Shown piece after piece: positions 48,724 to 57,758 of a DNA stretch of 64,000 nucleotides; positions within the stretch are counted from its first letter, which is position 1; every line of letters starts with the position of its first letter. The stretch is from sequence record NC_009760.1; one strand, given 5' to 3'. The notes beneath the pieces are model-generated. The model saw only the letters and a program-made list of their open reading frames with translations. It ran no database searches and had not been told where the DNA came from. The position numbers were made by a program, and so were the translations under genes.

Positions 48724-49003
48724 TGATTACCAAGAACTCCTCTCCATCTAAGCTAACTGGTACACCAGCCATGCGAGAGTAAATAACACGTTGTCCCGGT
48801 TCTACATCCATTGGGATACGTCCGCCGTCAGGTTTACGTTGACCGTCACCAATGGCAACAACAACACCTTCGAATTTTGGATCTTTATCACCTGTTGGTA
48901 AGATAATACCACTTGCTGTTGTATCAGATTCTTTTTCTAGCTTGATTACTGCTCTAGCTCCTAATACTTGAATGCCTTCATATCCATCTAAAAACTTTGC
49001 CAT
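48689..49003 (-). CDS. groES: GroES co-chaperonin
   Basis: TTASGIILP, GVVVAIGDG, VEPGQRVIYS..AG, ERDIIAVI. Confidence 0.9.
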   Translation of the reverse strand: MAKFLDGYEGIQVLGARAVIKLEKESDTTASGIILPTGDKDPKFEGVVVAIGDGQRKPDGGRIPMDVEPGQRVIYSRMAGVPVSLDGEEFLVINERDIIAVITK

Positions 49004-49015
49004 TTCCTATTCCTC

Positions 49016-49462
49016 CTACTTGACTGCATGTGCTTTAATTGTTGATTTTGCTGCGATAAGAGACTTTTCCCAGTTCTCTCCTCGCAACATCTCATCTAAG
49101 TATACATAAAGAGCCGCATTCTTTCCAGCTTCGTCTAAGTCATACTTGTCATCGTCAATCGTGCGGAACACATGGCGTACTTCTTTTAACTTGTTTTGTC
49201 CTGCCGAAATGTTTCCGATTTTCATGCCGAAACTATTCAAGAACTTCTCGAACGTAGCTGGCTCCATTTCTTGGCTGAATGCTTGTTGGTAAGAGCCGTT
49301 TTCTCCCAAGTATTCAACCGTAGCAATGATTTCATACGGCTCTTCTTTTGTGCGCGCGCCTGTTACAAAAGCAATACGTTCATCTAATAAATACGCTGCT
49401 CCTGCAAAATATAATGTATGTTTTGTTCCGATTAATTCACTACGTTGTGATGCAAATAACAT
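49016..49462 (-). CDS. Hypothetical protein
   Basis: GGGAGGG RBS. Confidence 0.55.
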   Translation of the reverse strand: MLFASQRSELIGTKHTLYFAGAAYLLDERIAFVTGARTKEEPYEIIATVEYLGENGSYQQAFSQEMEPATFEKFLNSFGMKIGNISAGQNKLKEVRHVFRTIDDDKYDLDEAGKNAALYVYLDEMLRGENWEKSLIAAKSTIKAHAVK

Positions 49463-49481
49463 ATCACATGCCCTCCCTATA

Positions 49482-50105
49482 TTACGCTAACATATCTGCG
49501 ATTGGTTTGATGCTTCCCCATAAGTCATTCGTTCTTGCCTTGAACTCTTCTGTATCTAAGAAGTTACGTGGATGATAAACAGGAATGACAGGAATGCTTT
49601 TATTCCCTAAATCAAAATCAAACTCTTCACCGATTGCTGTATCTATTTTAATTGGTTGTTGTGCTAATGCTGATATAGCTGTCGTACCTAATGCAATGAT
49701 AACCGTTGGCTTCGTTACCACTATTTCATTATGCAGATACTTATACCAGTCTTTAATCAAACTCATATTAACCGCTTCTACTGGTTCTTTAAATACTTGT
49801 GTCCAGTATACATCGCTAATCTTAATCCCGACACGATCTAACAGGTTCATTAAGTAGAAACCATACATGCCAAATCCACTAAAGCCGAAAATCTCTTCTG
49901 ACTGTTCCGGTTTGTCGCTCACAATCATTACTTCCGGTGTCATTGTTCCACTTGAGATTACTGTGCCTTGACGTGGTAAATACTGATGCATTAACCCTAT
50001 TGACTCGTAATGAAGAAACATCTCCCGTGAGACACGGGAGACATCTGATTCCTTCATTCCTTGTTCAACAAGAGACTGTATGACTCTATGCTGCGTCATA
50101 GACAT
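49482..50105 (-). CDS. Family-4 UDG-fold protein with an altered active site
   Basis: EVMIVSDKP (vs GEGPG), DVYWTQVFK, KPTVIIALG, IPVYHP; no Fe-S cysteines. Confidence 0.7.
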   Translation of the reverse strand: MSMTQHRVIQSLVEQGMKESDVSRVSREMFLHYESIGLMHQYLPRQGTVISSGTMTPEVMIVSDKPEQSEEIFGFSGFGMYGFYLMNLLDRVGIKISDVYWTQVFKEPVEAVNMSLIKDWYKYLHNEIVVTKPTVIIALGTTAISALAQQPIKIDTAIGEEFDFDLGNKSIPVIPVYHPRNFLDTEEFKARTNDLWGSIKPIADMLA

Positions 50106-51163
50106 TACTTACCGAATAAAGTCTTTTTAATGTGAGCTTTTACTTCGACAACTTTAACTTTACCGTTTTTCGCTTTCGGTGGTTTGATACCGTGTTTCTT
50201 CATGATAGCTTGGATTTCCGCTTTTGTTTCAAGAGCGTCGATGTCCTCAGGAGTTAACTCATCTTCTTCGTCTTCCTCATCATCATCGTAGTCCTCTTCA
50301 TCATCTTCTTCTTCGTCATCCTCTTCCTCATCGTCAGACTCGTCTTCGTCCTCATCTTCTTCCTCTTCCTCGTCGTCCTCTTCTTCTTCATCGTCATCTT
50401 CTGCATCTTCTTCGTAGCCTTCTTCTTCATCCTCTACGTCTTCTACAGAATCGTTTTCGATTTCAGCATCGTCTTCTTCCTCTTCGTCGCCCGGTAATGC
50501 GAATCCAAGATATTCAGCTAATGCTTCTGCTAATTCATCCAGTTTAGAACGAGAGTTGATACCTTCAAGAGCTAGAGGTTTTGCGAATGCCCAAAGTTTC
50601 TTTGTACCTAATTTACGTAACTCTTCATAGTTTGTTACGCCTTCTGGTGCTTCCACTGTATCTTCCTCTTCTTCATCATCGTCGCCGTCTACATCTTCGA
50701 ACTCATCTTCGTCTTCCTCGTCCTCTTCAACTTCCTCGACAGGCTCTTGTTTTGCTTTCTTTTTCTTTTTAGCTGGCTTTTCTTCTACTTCTTCCTCGTC
50801 GTCATCAGCAGCTAAATCTTCGTTCTCTTCTGCTGGTGCTACTTTGCCTGCTGCAAGTTCTTGTAAGTAAGTTGTTAATGCCACTAATTCTTCTTGCGTT
50901 AATTTCGTTGGATCTTTACCTACTAATGCTTTCGCATCAATACCGCCTTGTAATGATTCTAACTTCACTGTTTTACCGGCACTTGCATGTTTAATTTTGC
51001 TTGATACTTTTACTGTTTCGCCAACGATTTCACCGATTTCTTCACCAGCTTTTGTTGTTGCGATGAACTTGTCACCCTTTTTAATAATATGGAATGCATC
51101 CTTTGCAATTGCTACGATACCTGCGAATACTGTTGCACCTGATTTACTTTTTAATTGAGTCAT
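50105..51163 (-). CDS. Extremely acidic protein with small helical (HeH/Rho-N-like) domains
   Basis: Long D/E runs flanking ELRKLGTKKLWAFAK..SKLDELAEAL and TKAEIQAIMKKHGI. Confidence 0.7.
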   Translation of the reverse strand: MTQLKSKSGATVFAGIVAIAKDAFHIIKKGDKFIATTKAGEEIGEIVGETVKVSSKIKHASAGKTVKLESLQGGIDAKALVGKDPTKLTQEELVALTTYLQELAAGKVAPAEENEDLAADDDEEEVEEKPAKKKKKAKQEPVEEVEEDEEDEDEFEDVDGDDDEEEEDTVEAPEGVTNYEELRKLGTKKLWAFAKPLALEGINSRSKLDELAEALAEYLGFALPGDEEEEDDAEIENDSVEDVEDEEEGYEEDAEDDDEEEEDDEEEEEDEDEDESDDEEEDDEEEDDEEDYDDDEEDEEDELTPEDIDALETKAEIQAIMKKHGIKPPKAKNGKVKVVEVKAHIKKTLFGK

Positions 51164-51389
51164 TTTGACTTCCTCCTCGATTTTGGTTTAATACTTTTTG
51201 ATATTCACTTGCCATCTCGTCACTGCCATAGAAAGGAGTTTGGCACTCCTCTCCCGTGACGACTTCCTCTTTACTGCCACGTATCAATCTTATTAAATCT
51301 TTTACTATGTCTATCGTCCACTCGAATACGAGTATCAAGACGACAGATAAGACGAACGCTACAATTATTGCAATCACGTCTGCTATCAA
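51144..51389 (-). CDS. Small membrane protein
   Basis: N-terminal TM helix. Confidence 0.5.
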   Translation of the reverse strand: MIADVIAIIVAFVLSVVLILVFEWTIDIVKDLIRLIRGSKEEVVTGEECQTPFYGSDEMASEYQKVLNQNRGGSQNDSIKK

Positions 51390-51401
51390 GAGGAAAACCT
51401 C

Positions 51402-52358
51402 CTATGATTCAAGCGACGACTCCGTGTTCTTCATTAACTTCATTGCATCAGCTAATTGATTCGATAGAACCACCAGCTTCTTATCAAGTATATCTTCATA
51501 CTCGGATGCTCTGTCTTGTAAATCCACCACACGTTTTGCATATCGCTGAACAGTTTTGACACTGGCTGTGCCTTTGCCAAGTAAGTCTGCAAAGTCGGCA
51601 AGCAATTGATTTGCTTCCTCTGACATTTGTGACTCAACCTGACGTTGTACCATATCACGTTGATCGCTCGTATCAATCATTGGAATAACTTCCATAATCG
51701 ACTTCGACGTTCCCGTATGGTAATCCTCTAAGTCATCAATCACGCCACGTAGGTTCTCTAACGTGTTACGTTGATTACGAGGAATGAATGTAGCCCTACC
51801 ATTCGGCATGATGCTTACATGGTTCATGTCATTTACGACACGACGTACAAGATTGTTTACAGTATCCTTAGTATGGAACTGCATCCATTCATTATACAAA
51901 GCTTGTGTATCAGACAGCAATACATCATACGGGTATTCTGTTAAGAAACTTGAATCCCAACTAATGTCCATTGTGCCTGTTTTCTTTTGAAGAATGAATT
52001 TCCCCACTGTAGCATAGCCCAGTTGCTCATTCTTCTTATCCACTAGCTCTCGTACCAAGTGACGAATCACCATATTGCCATCGGACTTCACTTCACGAAC
52101 CATCAGTCGTGCTTCGCTCGGTTTTCCTCCGAAGTCTATTGTCACCGTTGACGTTGCTTTTGCAGTCGCCCGGCGGTAAGCATCATGAGCCTTAATTTCC
52201 TGAGGCATGAACTTCGGGTCTAAGCTATTTCTAGCAAAGATTTGCCCTAAGTCATCCTTATGGATACGAAGGTCTGAAATGGTATGGAACTCTAAGAACC
52301 CTAATAATTCGGAAGTTTGCAAGTCTGCATTACTTCTTACTGCTGCTACGTTTGCCAT
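51402..52358 (-). CDS. DUF6744-like protein
   Basis: LLGFLEFHTI, DAYRRAT and C-terminal coiled coil; family call from memory. Confidence 0.45.
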   Translation of the reverse strand: MANVAAVRSNADLQTSELLGFLEFHTISDLRIHKDDLGQIFARNSLDPKFMPQEIKAHDAYRRATAKATSTVTIDFGGKPSEARLMVREVKSDGNMVIRHLVRELVDKKNEQLGYATVGKFILQKKTGTMDISWDSSFLTEYPYDVLLSDTQALYNEWMQFHTKDTVNNLVRRVVNDMNHVSIMPNGRATFIPRNQRNTLENLRGVIDDLEDYHTGTSKSIMEVIPMIDTSDQRDMVQRQVESQMSEEANQLLADFADLLGKGTASVKTVQRYAKRVVDLQDRASEYEDILDKKLVVLSNQLADAMKLMKNTESSLES

Positions 52359-52381
52359 AACTGTTTCCCCTCTCCTAGTAG

Positions 52382-52759
52382 TTACTTAATTTCAAGAGAC
52401 AACTTCATGTAGGTATCAAAGCCCATCTCGATGTCAAAGAATGCACCGTATTCAGTTGTCGTGTAGCTAACCGTTTCTGTATTGAATAGCAACGGTAATA
52501 CATGGTTTAAGTTTGTAGATGGGTCTGTATCTAACCCTTCACGCTTCATAATCTCTTCTGCCTTTGGCGTTACATATCCATAATGTAATTCCACATTATC
52601 TACTTCAGCAGAATAGACCAAATCCACTTTTACAATACCTTTCGTGCGAACGAAAGTAGAAGCTAGAGCTTCAATCATCCCTTGTAAATCATTATGTGTT
52701 AAGCTGATTTGTACCTTGTCAGCTTTAATCAGAGTGCCAAGTCTGTTTGTATATGCCAT
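52382..52759 (-). CDS. Hypothetical protein
   Basis: Start refined to MAYTNR after GGAGG. Confidence 0.5.
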   Translation of the reverse strand: MAYTNRLGTLIKADKVQISLTHNDLQGMIEALASTFVRTKGIVKVDLVYSAEVDNVELHYGYVTPKAEEIMKREGLDTDPSTNLNHVLPLLFNTETVSYTTTEYGAFFDIEMGFDTYMKLSLEIK

Positions 52760-52770
52760 GCTATAACCTC

Positions 52771-53307
52771 CTACCATAGTACGTAATCGTCTTTTAAATG
52801 AACGAGTTTCTTCGATAATAAATGACCGATTACATTTGTTCCGCCTACAAAGAATCTCACTACTTTCCATTCATCATTCTCAACAACAATGGAGTAGATA
52901 TAAGCGTCTTGTCTATCCAAGATATAATTTGTTTCATCTCTTGTTAAGATGTAATTGTTACTATTTAATCCCTTGAATGCTTTTCTCGGAATTAAATCTG
53001 CTTCGTGCATAAAGTCCTGTATATTATCCACTGTCGGTGCAGATGATTTCACCGGTGGTTCAGGCTTCTTGTATTCAATTATTTCCGGTACAACTTCGTA
53101 CGCTTTTAAATATGATATTGGAAGGTTCTCACTATGTGCGACAGACTTCATGGCTTCATGTACTGACCTCGCCTGTATCTTCTTTAGCAAGATTTCCGTA
53201 TCAAACGGTTCATTTGCTTCTGTTGTATTACCTTTGTCATCGACATCGTAAATACGAGCGTCTGCATACTTTTCATCCACCATGACTAGATATGTCTTCA
53301 CAATCAT
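52771..53307 (-). CDS. Hypothetical protein
   Basis: AAGGAGG RBS; directly downstream of promoter copy d. Confidence 0.55.
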   Translation of the reverse strand: MIVKTYLVMVDEKYADARIYDVDDKGNTTEANEPFDTEILLKKIQARSVHEAMKSVAHSENLPISYLKAYEVVPEIIEYKKPEPPVKSSAPTVDNIQDFMHEADLIPRKAFKGLNSNNYILTRDETNYILDRQDAYIYSIVVENDEWKVVRFFVGGTNVIGHLLSKKLVHLKDDYVLW

Positions 53308-53323
53308 CCCTCCTTGTTACTTA

Positions 53324-53353
53324 TAGTGTTACCAAATGTAATGCTAATTATGC
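53324..53353 (-). promoter_or_regulatory. SigmaF/G-type promoter, copy d
   Basis: GCATA-N15-GGTAACACTA containing AGCATTAC-ATTTG-GTAACA. Confidence 0.65.
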
Positions 53354-53788
53354 AGCAAACTCTACATAAAATTCATTCATGTCTACCTTCGCTGCACCTA
53401 CAAGATACCCAATCACACCATTCGTATTAATCGTGTCATCAGATACAATCCAGTGACCGTGTATATTTTCTTTCACGGCATAGAATCTCAATGTACGACC
53501 TGCTTCTACAGATAACACCTGTACATGGTCGAGTGTGTGAAGATACTGTGCATTACCAGGAACACGGTCAGTCTTACGAAGAAGATTCGCGGCTATAATG
53601 AAATCTTCAAATGACATGTCGGTACGATCATCGTTACCCTCTTCCATCATTGCGTTGATAGTGTTTAACATCCTATCTTTGACAGCATCATCTATACCCA
53701 TTTCACCATCGAAATACTCGTCCTCATAATCAAAATCCATATCCTCATTAACTTGCGGATTCATCTTCATCACCTTCATCGTCTCCAC
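53348..53788 (-). CDS. Acidic hypothetical protein
   Basis: Operon context. Confidence 0.5.
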   Translation of the reverse strand: METMKVMKMNPQVNEDMDFDYEDEYFDGEMGIDDAVKDRMLNTINAMMEEGNDDRTDMSFEDFIIAANLLRKTDRVPGNAQYLHTLDHVQVLSVEAGRTLRFYAVKENIHGHWIVSDDTINTNGVIGYLVGAAKVDMNEFYVEFAA

Positions 53789-53996
53789 AAATTACTAAAT
53801 GGAAGTATTCTTCTGTAACCAGTTTATCCATTGTTGTTTCATGCGTACATGTGTAACATTCAACGTCTGTCGGTTGTAGTTCTTCTGTTGGGCTGACATT
53901 AATTGTCTTACCGCTTCCATCACATACAACAACGGCTGTCATATTTTTGTGGTACTTAAATATTCCACCGCCACATTCCGGGCATACTTTTGTCAT
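53748..53996 (-). CDS. Small zinc-ribbon protein
   Basis: CPECG...CYTC; GAGGAGG RBS. Confidence 0.55.
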   Translation of the reverse strand: MTKVCPECGGGIFKYHKNMTAVVVCDGSGKTINVSPTEELQPTDVECYTCTHETTMDKLVTEEYFHLVICGDDEGDEDESAS

Positions 53997-54074
53997 ACAA
54001 ATCTAACCTCCTCTGGTTCTTACCACTGGTTATCTATATGAACTAGGGCATTACCCTAGAGAATCTACGTAATA

Positions 54075-54090
54075 GTGCGTGCGAACGCAC
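54075..54090. repeat. Conserved GCGA-loop hairpin, copy 4
   Basis: GTGCGT-GCGA-ACGCAC. Confidence 0.75.
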
Positions 54091-54099
54091 AAAAGATGT

Positions 54100-54507
54100 T
54101 TAAAACATGTGTCTTCCTTTACGTTTTGCTTCCTTCATCGCCTTACGTCGTGCTTCACGATTTTGATATAGTTCAACCGGGTACTTCATTGATTCGTTTA
54201 TCTTTTCTATAAACTGTTCATCTAAACTTTGTGCAACTCTTGGAGCAGCGATAATTTCAATTTGCTCCTGTATATCCTGCAATACGATATGGTTACTTAT
54301 CTTCGCTAATTCCGCCATTGCCTCAGGACTTAATTTACCACTTTGAGAACCAACAACGATGTATTTCTTTTCTTTTTCATTTATTTCTGATATTCCTTCA
54401 TAAAACGCCTCTAATGCATCAGGATCCATTCGGCCACTCGCATCATCAACGATGATTAATTGCTCTCTTTCCACGGTTCTCCCTCGCTTCTTTACGGCGT
54501 TGCGCAC
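54100..54507 (-). CDS. Hypothetical protein
   Basis: Probable GTG start near 54474. Confidence 0.5.
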   Translation of the reverse strand: MRNAVKKRGRTVEREQLIIVDDASGRMDPDALEAFYEGISEINEKEKKYIVVGSQSGKLSPEAMAELAKISNHIVLQDIQEQIEIIAAPRVAQSLDEQFIEKINESMKYPVELYQNREARRKAMKEAKRKGRHMF

Positions 54508-54736
54508 GGTTCTTAAAATTCATCGCATCAATTTGACGTTGCTCTGCTAAGACCATCGCTTCTTGCCATCCATGTAAATGTACATCACTCGGATCAACCG
54601 CAAGCATTTTGCCTCGTCCTCCTGTTGCACCAAACATTTCAACAACAACACCTTTTGGTATGTTTAGATAAGAATAGGCAGCGGAGTGTGCCGGATTAAA
54701 CCCGACAACACCCGTGCCTATAGAACGCCTCATCAC
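54446..54736 (-). CDS. Hypothetical protein
   Basis: Shares an NR..RRK basic ending with its downstream neighbour. Confidence 0.45.
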   Translation of the reverse strand: MMRRSIGTGVVGFNPAHSAAYSYLNIPKGVVVEMFGATGGRGKMLAVDPSDVHLHGWQEAMVLAEQRQIDAMNFKNRAQRRKEARENRGKRAINHR

Positions 54737-55236
54737 TTCGCCACCAGATGCGCCATATCTTTTGCATCTGTCGCTTTGATTTCGATTTCTTCTGTGCGGT
54801 CAAACTCTTCATCCGTTAATGCCATGAACTGAATCATAGCAGGTTTGAATTGTCGCCACGCACCACGTTCATGACACCATGCGACAACTTGACCATTCTT
54901 CCAATTGTGAGGTTCAATTAAACGTTTTGATATACCGCCTTTTGCATCTTTGTATTCAATCGCTAACTTCTTACGTTGCGTTGCACTCATTACAATATAA
55001 GCGATAAACATCGACGGGTCATCTGTTTGTAGGTCGGAAGTATTTGCCACTTTTGTAGACTCTCCCGGCTTCTCGTATGACTTCTCGATGTTGGTGTTGA
55101 TGAACGCTTTATACATGTTCGCCATCACACCGTCTGGATCGTTTTCCTTTTCTACTTTGTATGCTTCCACCATAAGTTTCTGAATACGACTAAGCTGTCT
55201 ATATTCAACTCCGTTATCTGCCACTAATCTCATCAA
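54733..55236 (-). CDS. WYL-domain protein
   Basis: LAIEYKDAKGGISKRLIEPH, VVAWCHERGAWRQFK. Confidence 0.75.
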   Translation of the reverse strand: MMRLVADNGVEYRQLSRIQKLMVEAYKVEKENDPDGVMANMYKAFINTNIEKSYEKPGESTKVANTSDLQTDDPSMFIAYIVMSATQRKKLAIEYKDAKGGISKRLIEPHNWKNGQVVAWCHERGAWRQFKPAMIQFMALTDEEFDRTEEIEIKATDAKDMAHLVAK

Positions 55237-55684
55237 ACTTCGCCTCCTGTAATGTATCTTGGAACTCCATTAAATAATACGATGCAATTTGTGCTGGCAA
55301 GAAGCCCTCGTCCGGGCGTTCTGTCACATACTTGCTATATGATTTTAGTAAGAAACGTAACTGCATTTCATTACAGTCCTTCCAATTTCTCGGCCAGTTT
55401 TGTTTTGGATGAACATTCATATCCATTAGGTACTCATCTAGGTAACCATGACTTAATGCTTCTTTAATTACATCTTCATGATATGCTAGTGTATCTTTAC
55501 CCGGCTTCTTGCCGTAGTTTGGTAAATCACGCACATCGAATGTCTCCATTTCAGGCTCATCTACAACCTGATAGTTGTATTTCATCTTCTCTTCTAATTC
55601 ATCATGCATATAAGAATGAAAGATGGTAATGCCTCCATAGACGGTTAACACTTCTGCTGGTACACGTTTAGATATATACGGCAT
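55214..55684 (-). CDS. Hypothetical protein
   Basis: Coupled ORF. Confidence 0.5.
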   Translation of the reverse strand: MPYISKRVPAEVLTVYGGITIFHSYMHDELEEKMKYNYQVVDEPEMETFDVRDLPNYGKKPGKDTLAYHEDVIKEALSHGYLDEYLMDMNVHPKQNWPRNWKDCNEMQLRFLLKSYSKYVTERPDEGFLPAQIASYYLMEFQDTLQEAKFDEISGR

Positions 55685-56031
55685 TATTCAACACTCATTT
55701 CCGGATATAGTTTCGTTGCTGACTCAAAGATGGCATTATTACGTGGATCAGAATCATTCATGAGTTTATCAGCAGCATGTTTCGCAATCGCAACCATCTG
55801 CTCTTTTGTATACTCACCGTTTTGGAATACGTTCTCTACTTCCGATAAAATGTCCATGTAGTCATAACGTACATGTCCATCGAACGGGAAAACTTCTACA
55901 CTTTGCACTTCTGCATTAGGCCCCCATGCACCTTCGATACCTGCTTGCACGCCTTTACAAAGACTAGAATCCGAAATCATATCTACTTTATCTAATGTCA
56001 TTGCCACAAGAAATGTCTTCTTCATTACCAC
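55684..56031 (-). CDS. Hypothetical protein
   Basis: Coupled ORF. Confidence 0.5.
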   Translation of the reverse strand: MVMKKTFLVAMTLDKVDMISDSSLCKGVQAGIEGAWGPNAEVQSVEVFPFDGHVRYDYMDILSEVENVFQNGEYTKEQMVAIAKHAADKLMNDSDPRNNAIFESATKLYPEMSVE

Positions 56032-56492
56032 TTCATCCCCTCTTTTGGCGTATATTCTTTTATATTATGCATCGCCGTTTTTGCCTTCTCCATCCCTCCG
56101 CTTACACGTTCATGAAGATATTCATTATGTTGATTATTGATATGACTTGTAATGGTTGCTATATTTTCGTTCGCCATACTCACGGCATCAATCAATCCAT
56201 TAATCGCTCGCTCCATATGCGCAAGTGACATACGAGTATTCCGTACTCGTTCAACTTCTATTTCATCATTGAGTGCAACATTCGCTTCACGAGCTAGTTG
56301 CGAAAGTTCCCACTCACCCATTGCTTGAATGACTTTATTGGATACGATAGGTCGATAGTTCTTTTGTATATCTGTATTTTGAAAGGCTTTCTGCAACTGA
56401 TACAATTCTTCTTCTGTTGCATTTAGCATCGTAATAAATAACGTAGGTCTGTCCGATAAACTTACAGGACTTGTTTGATTAATTTCTTCCAC
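56025..56492 (-). CDS. Hypothetical coiled-coil protein
   Basis: Coupled ORF. Confidence 0.5.
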   Translation of the reverse strand: MEEINQTSPVSLSDRPTLFITMLNATEEELYQLQKAFQNTDIQKNYRPIVSNKVIQAMGEWELSQLAREANVALNDEIEVERVRNTRMSLAHMERAINGLIDAVSMANENIATITSHINNQHNEYLHERVSGGMEKAKTAMHNIKEYTPKEGMKW

Positions 56493-57226
56493 TCTTCGTC
56501 ATCCTCCAATACCTTGACTACTTCAAAGTTCGTTGCTTCCATGCGTGCCTTCATCCAGTTTAATGTTAAGATGATATTCTTCATTGCATCTTCTAAGGAT
56601 TGCACTTGGTTATCTACAGCTTCGATACCTACCCTATCATTACCACGAACTGCTTCATTACGAAGATTTGTTAACCTATCGAAATGACGTTGAAACTGGT
56701 CAGATGAACTCATCTCTAGATTTACATCCACATACATATGGTCGGGTTTATACACATCCCAACGTATTCCTGTTACCCACGGTATCATTGTTCTAATACT
56801 ATGCGGGTTGCCATACCCGTTTAGTGTATACCCATAAGTCACTTGTGTGAGTTCATCAAATATCTTCCACTGCGTTGACTCATCCAGTGCCAATGCAGAT
56901 GGTGGTAATGCAAGGTCATCCTTGATTGTTAACTCTAAATCAACACAATACGTTTCACTCTTACTAGGGTCGATTTCGAAGTTATAAAAGCAATGCATAA
57001 GGTCTTCCTCTTCGAATAGACTGCCCGAACCTGCATCTACCTGTAATGGTCGTACATACTGCATATCTGTAAAGTTTACAATTGCTTCGGGGAATGCAAT
57101 GAGTAATGCGCCATTTTGATTATTCTCATAAATGAATCCCCTTGATCCACACTCGACACCAATATTGTTTTCACCATTGGGCCAAAAGTCCTGACTTGCT
57201 TCTACCCAGTTCTTTAAGTGAATCAT
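56462..57226 (-). CDS. Hypothetical protein
   Basis: 254 aa, operon context. Confidence 0.55.
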   Translation of the reverse strand: MIHLKNWVEASQDFWPNGENNIGVECGSRGFIYENNQNGALLIAFPEAIVNFTDMQYVRPLQVDAGSGSLFEEEDLMHCFYNFEIDPSKSETYCVDLELTIKDDLALPPSALALDESTQWKIFDELTQVTYGYTLNGYGNPHSIRTMIPWVTGIRWDVYKPDHMYVDVNLEMSSSDQFQRHFDRLTNLRNEAVRGNDRVGIEAVDNQVQSLEDAMKNIILTLNWMKARMEATNFEVVKVLEDDEEWKKLIKQVL

Positions 57227-57409
57227 TTAGCACGCCACCCTTCCTCGCTGTGCTGTACTGCTGATAATTGCAGTTGGTTCCTTCGCTAACAACTTTTGGT
57301 CTGCCTCACCTGTTGTTTTAGCGTATATAAAATCTGAATGTGGATAACCATCCACGTAATACTTAATGTAATACTCAAACATGACTACTAACCTCCTTTT
57401 GTCGTACAA
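57227..57409 (-). CDS. Small hypothetical protein (true start likely MFEYY)
   Basis: AAAGGAGG RBS precedes the internal Met. Confidence 0.45.
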   Translation of the reverse strand: MYDKRRLVVMFEYYIKYYVDGYPHSDFIYAKTTGEADQKLLAKEPTAIISSTAQRGRVAC

Positions 57410-57412
57410 AAA

Positions 57413-57430
57413 GAGCCGTGCGAACGGCTC
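57413..57430. repeat. Conserved GCGA-loop hairpin, copy 5 (also a minus-strand terminator)
   Basis: GAGCCGT-GCGA-ACGGCTC; U tract on the minus strand. Confidence 0.75.
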
Positions 57431-57452
57431 CCTGATTTTACATGACTAAGCG

Positions 57453-57731
57453 TTATCCGATTGCTGGATAATTATCTCTTACGAACTCTGAAATGAAGTA
57501 TGGTGTTTCTTCTTTTGTATCGTTAGCAAGATAGAATCCCATTTCTTCTTCACCACTATCTGGATTATAGATGTACTGCACGGTTGTTTGACAGATGTCA
57601 TATGCCTTTTCATCCGCTACATCTAAGAACTGATAGAACAGTGTCTCATCGTCCGCTAATTGAATCTTTAATGCCAATGTATTTGTAATGCTAGATGTTG
57701 CCGTGTTATCCCCTTGTAGTACAGCCGCCAT
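57453..57731 (-). CDS. Acidic hypothetical protein
   Basis: AAAGGAG RBS; downstream of promoter copy e. Confidence 0.55.
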   Translation of the reverse strand: MAAVLQGDNTATSSITNTLALKIQLADDETLFYQFLDVADEKAYDICQTTVQYIYNPDSGEEEMGFYLANDTKEETPYFISEFVRDNYPAIG

Positions 57732-57758
57732 ACGACCACTCCTTTGCTATGTTACTTT

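Noticed and set aside
50250-50480. Apparent tandem repeat or CRISPR-like periodicity
   Set aside because: Trinucleotide Asp/Glu coding runs, with no fixed repeat-spacer units. No CRISPR array was seen anywhere in the window.
54100-54507. Walker-B-like IIVDDA suggesting a terminase or ATPase fragment
   Set aside because: No Walker A and too short; the motif alone is not diagnostic.
20266-57430. GTGCGAAC as a Spo0A box (TGNCGAA) or LexA box (CGAAC-N4-GTTCG)
   Set aside because: It mismatches the first two 0A-box positions and is only a single LexA half-site; stem covariation points to a hairpin.
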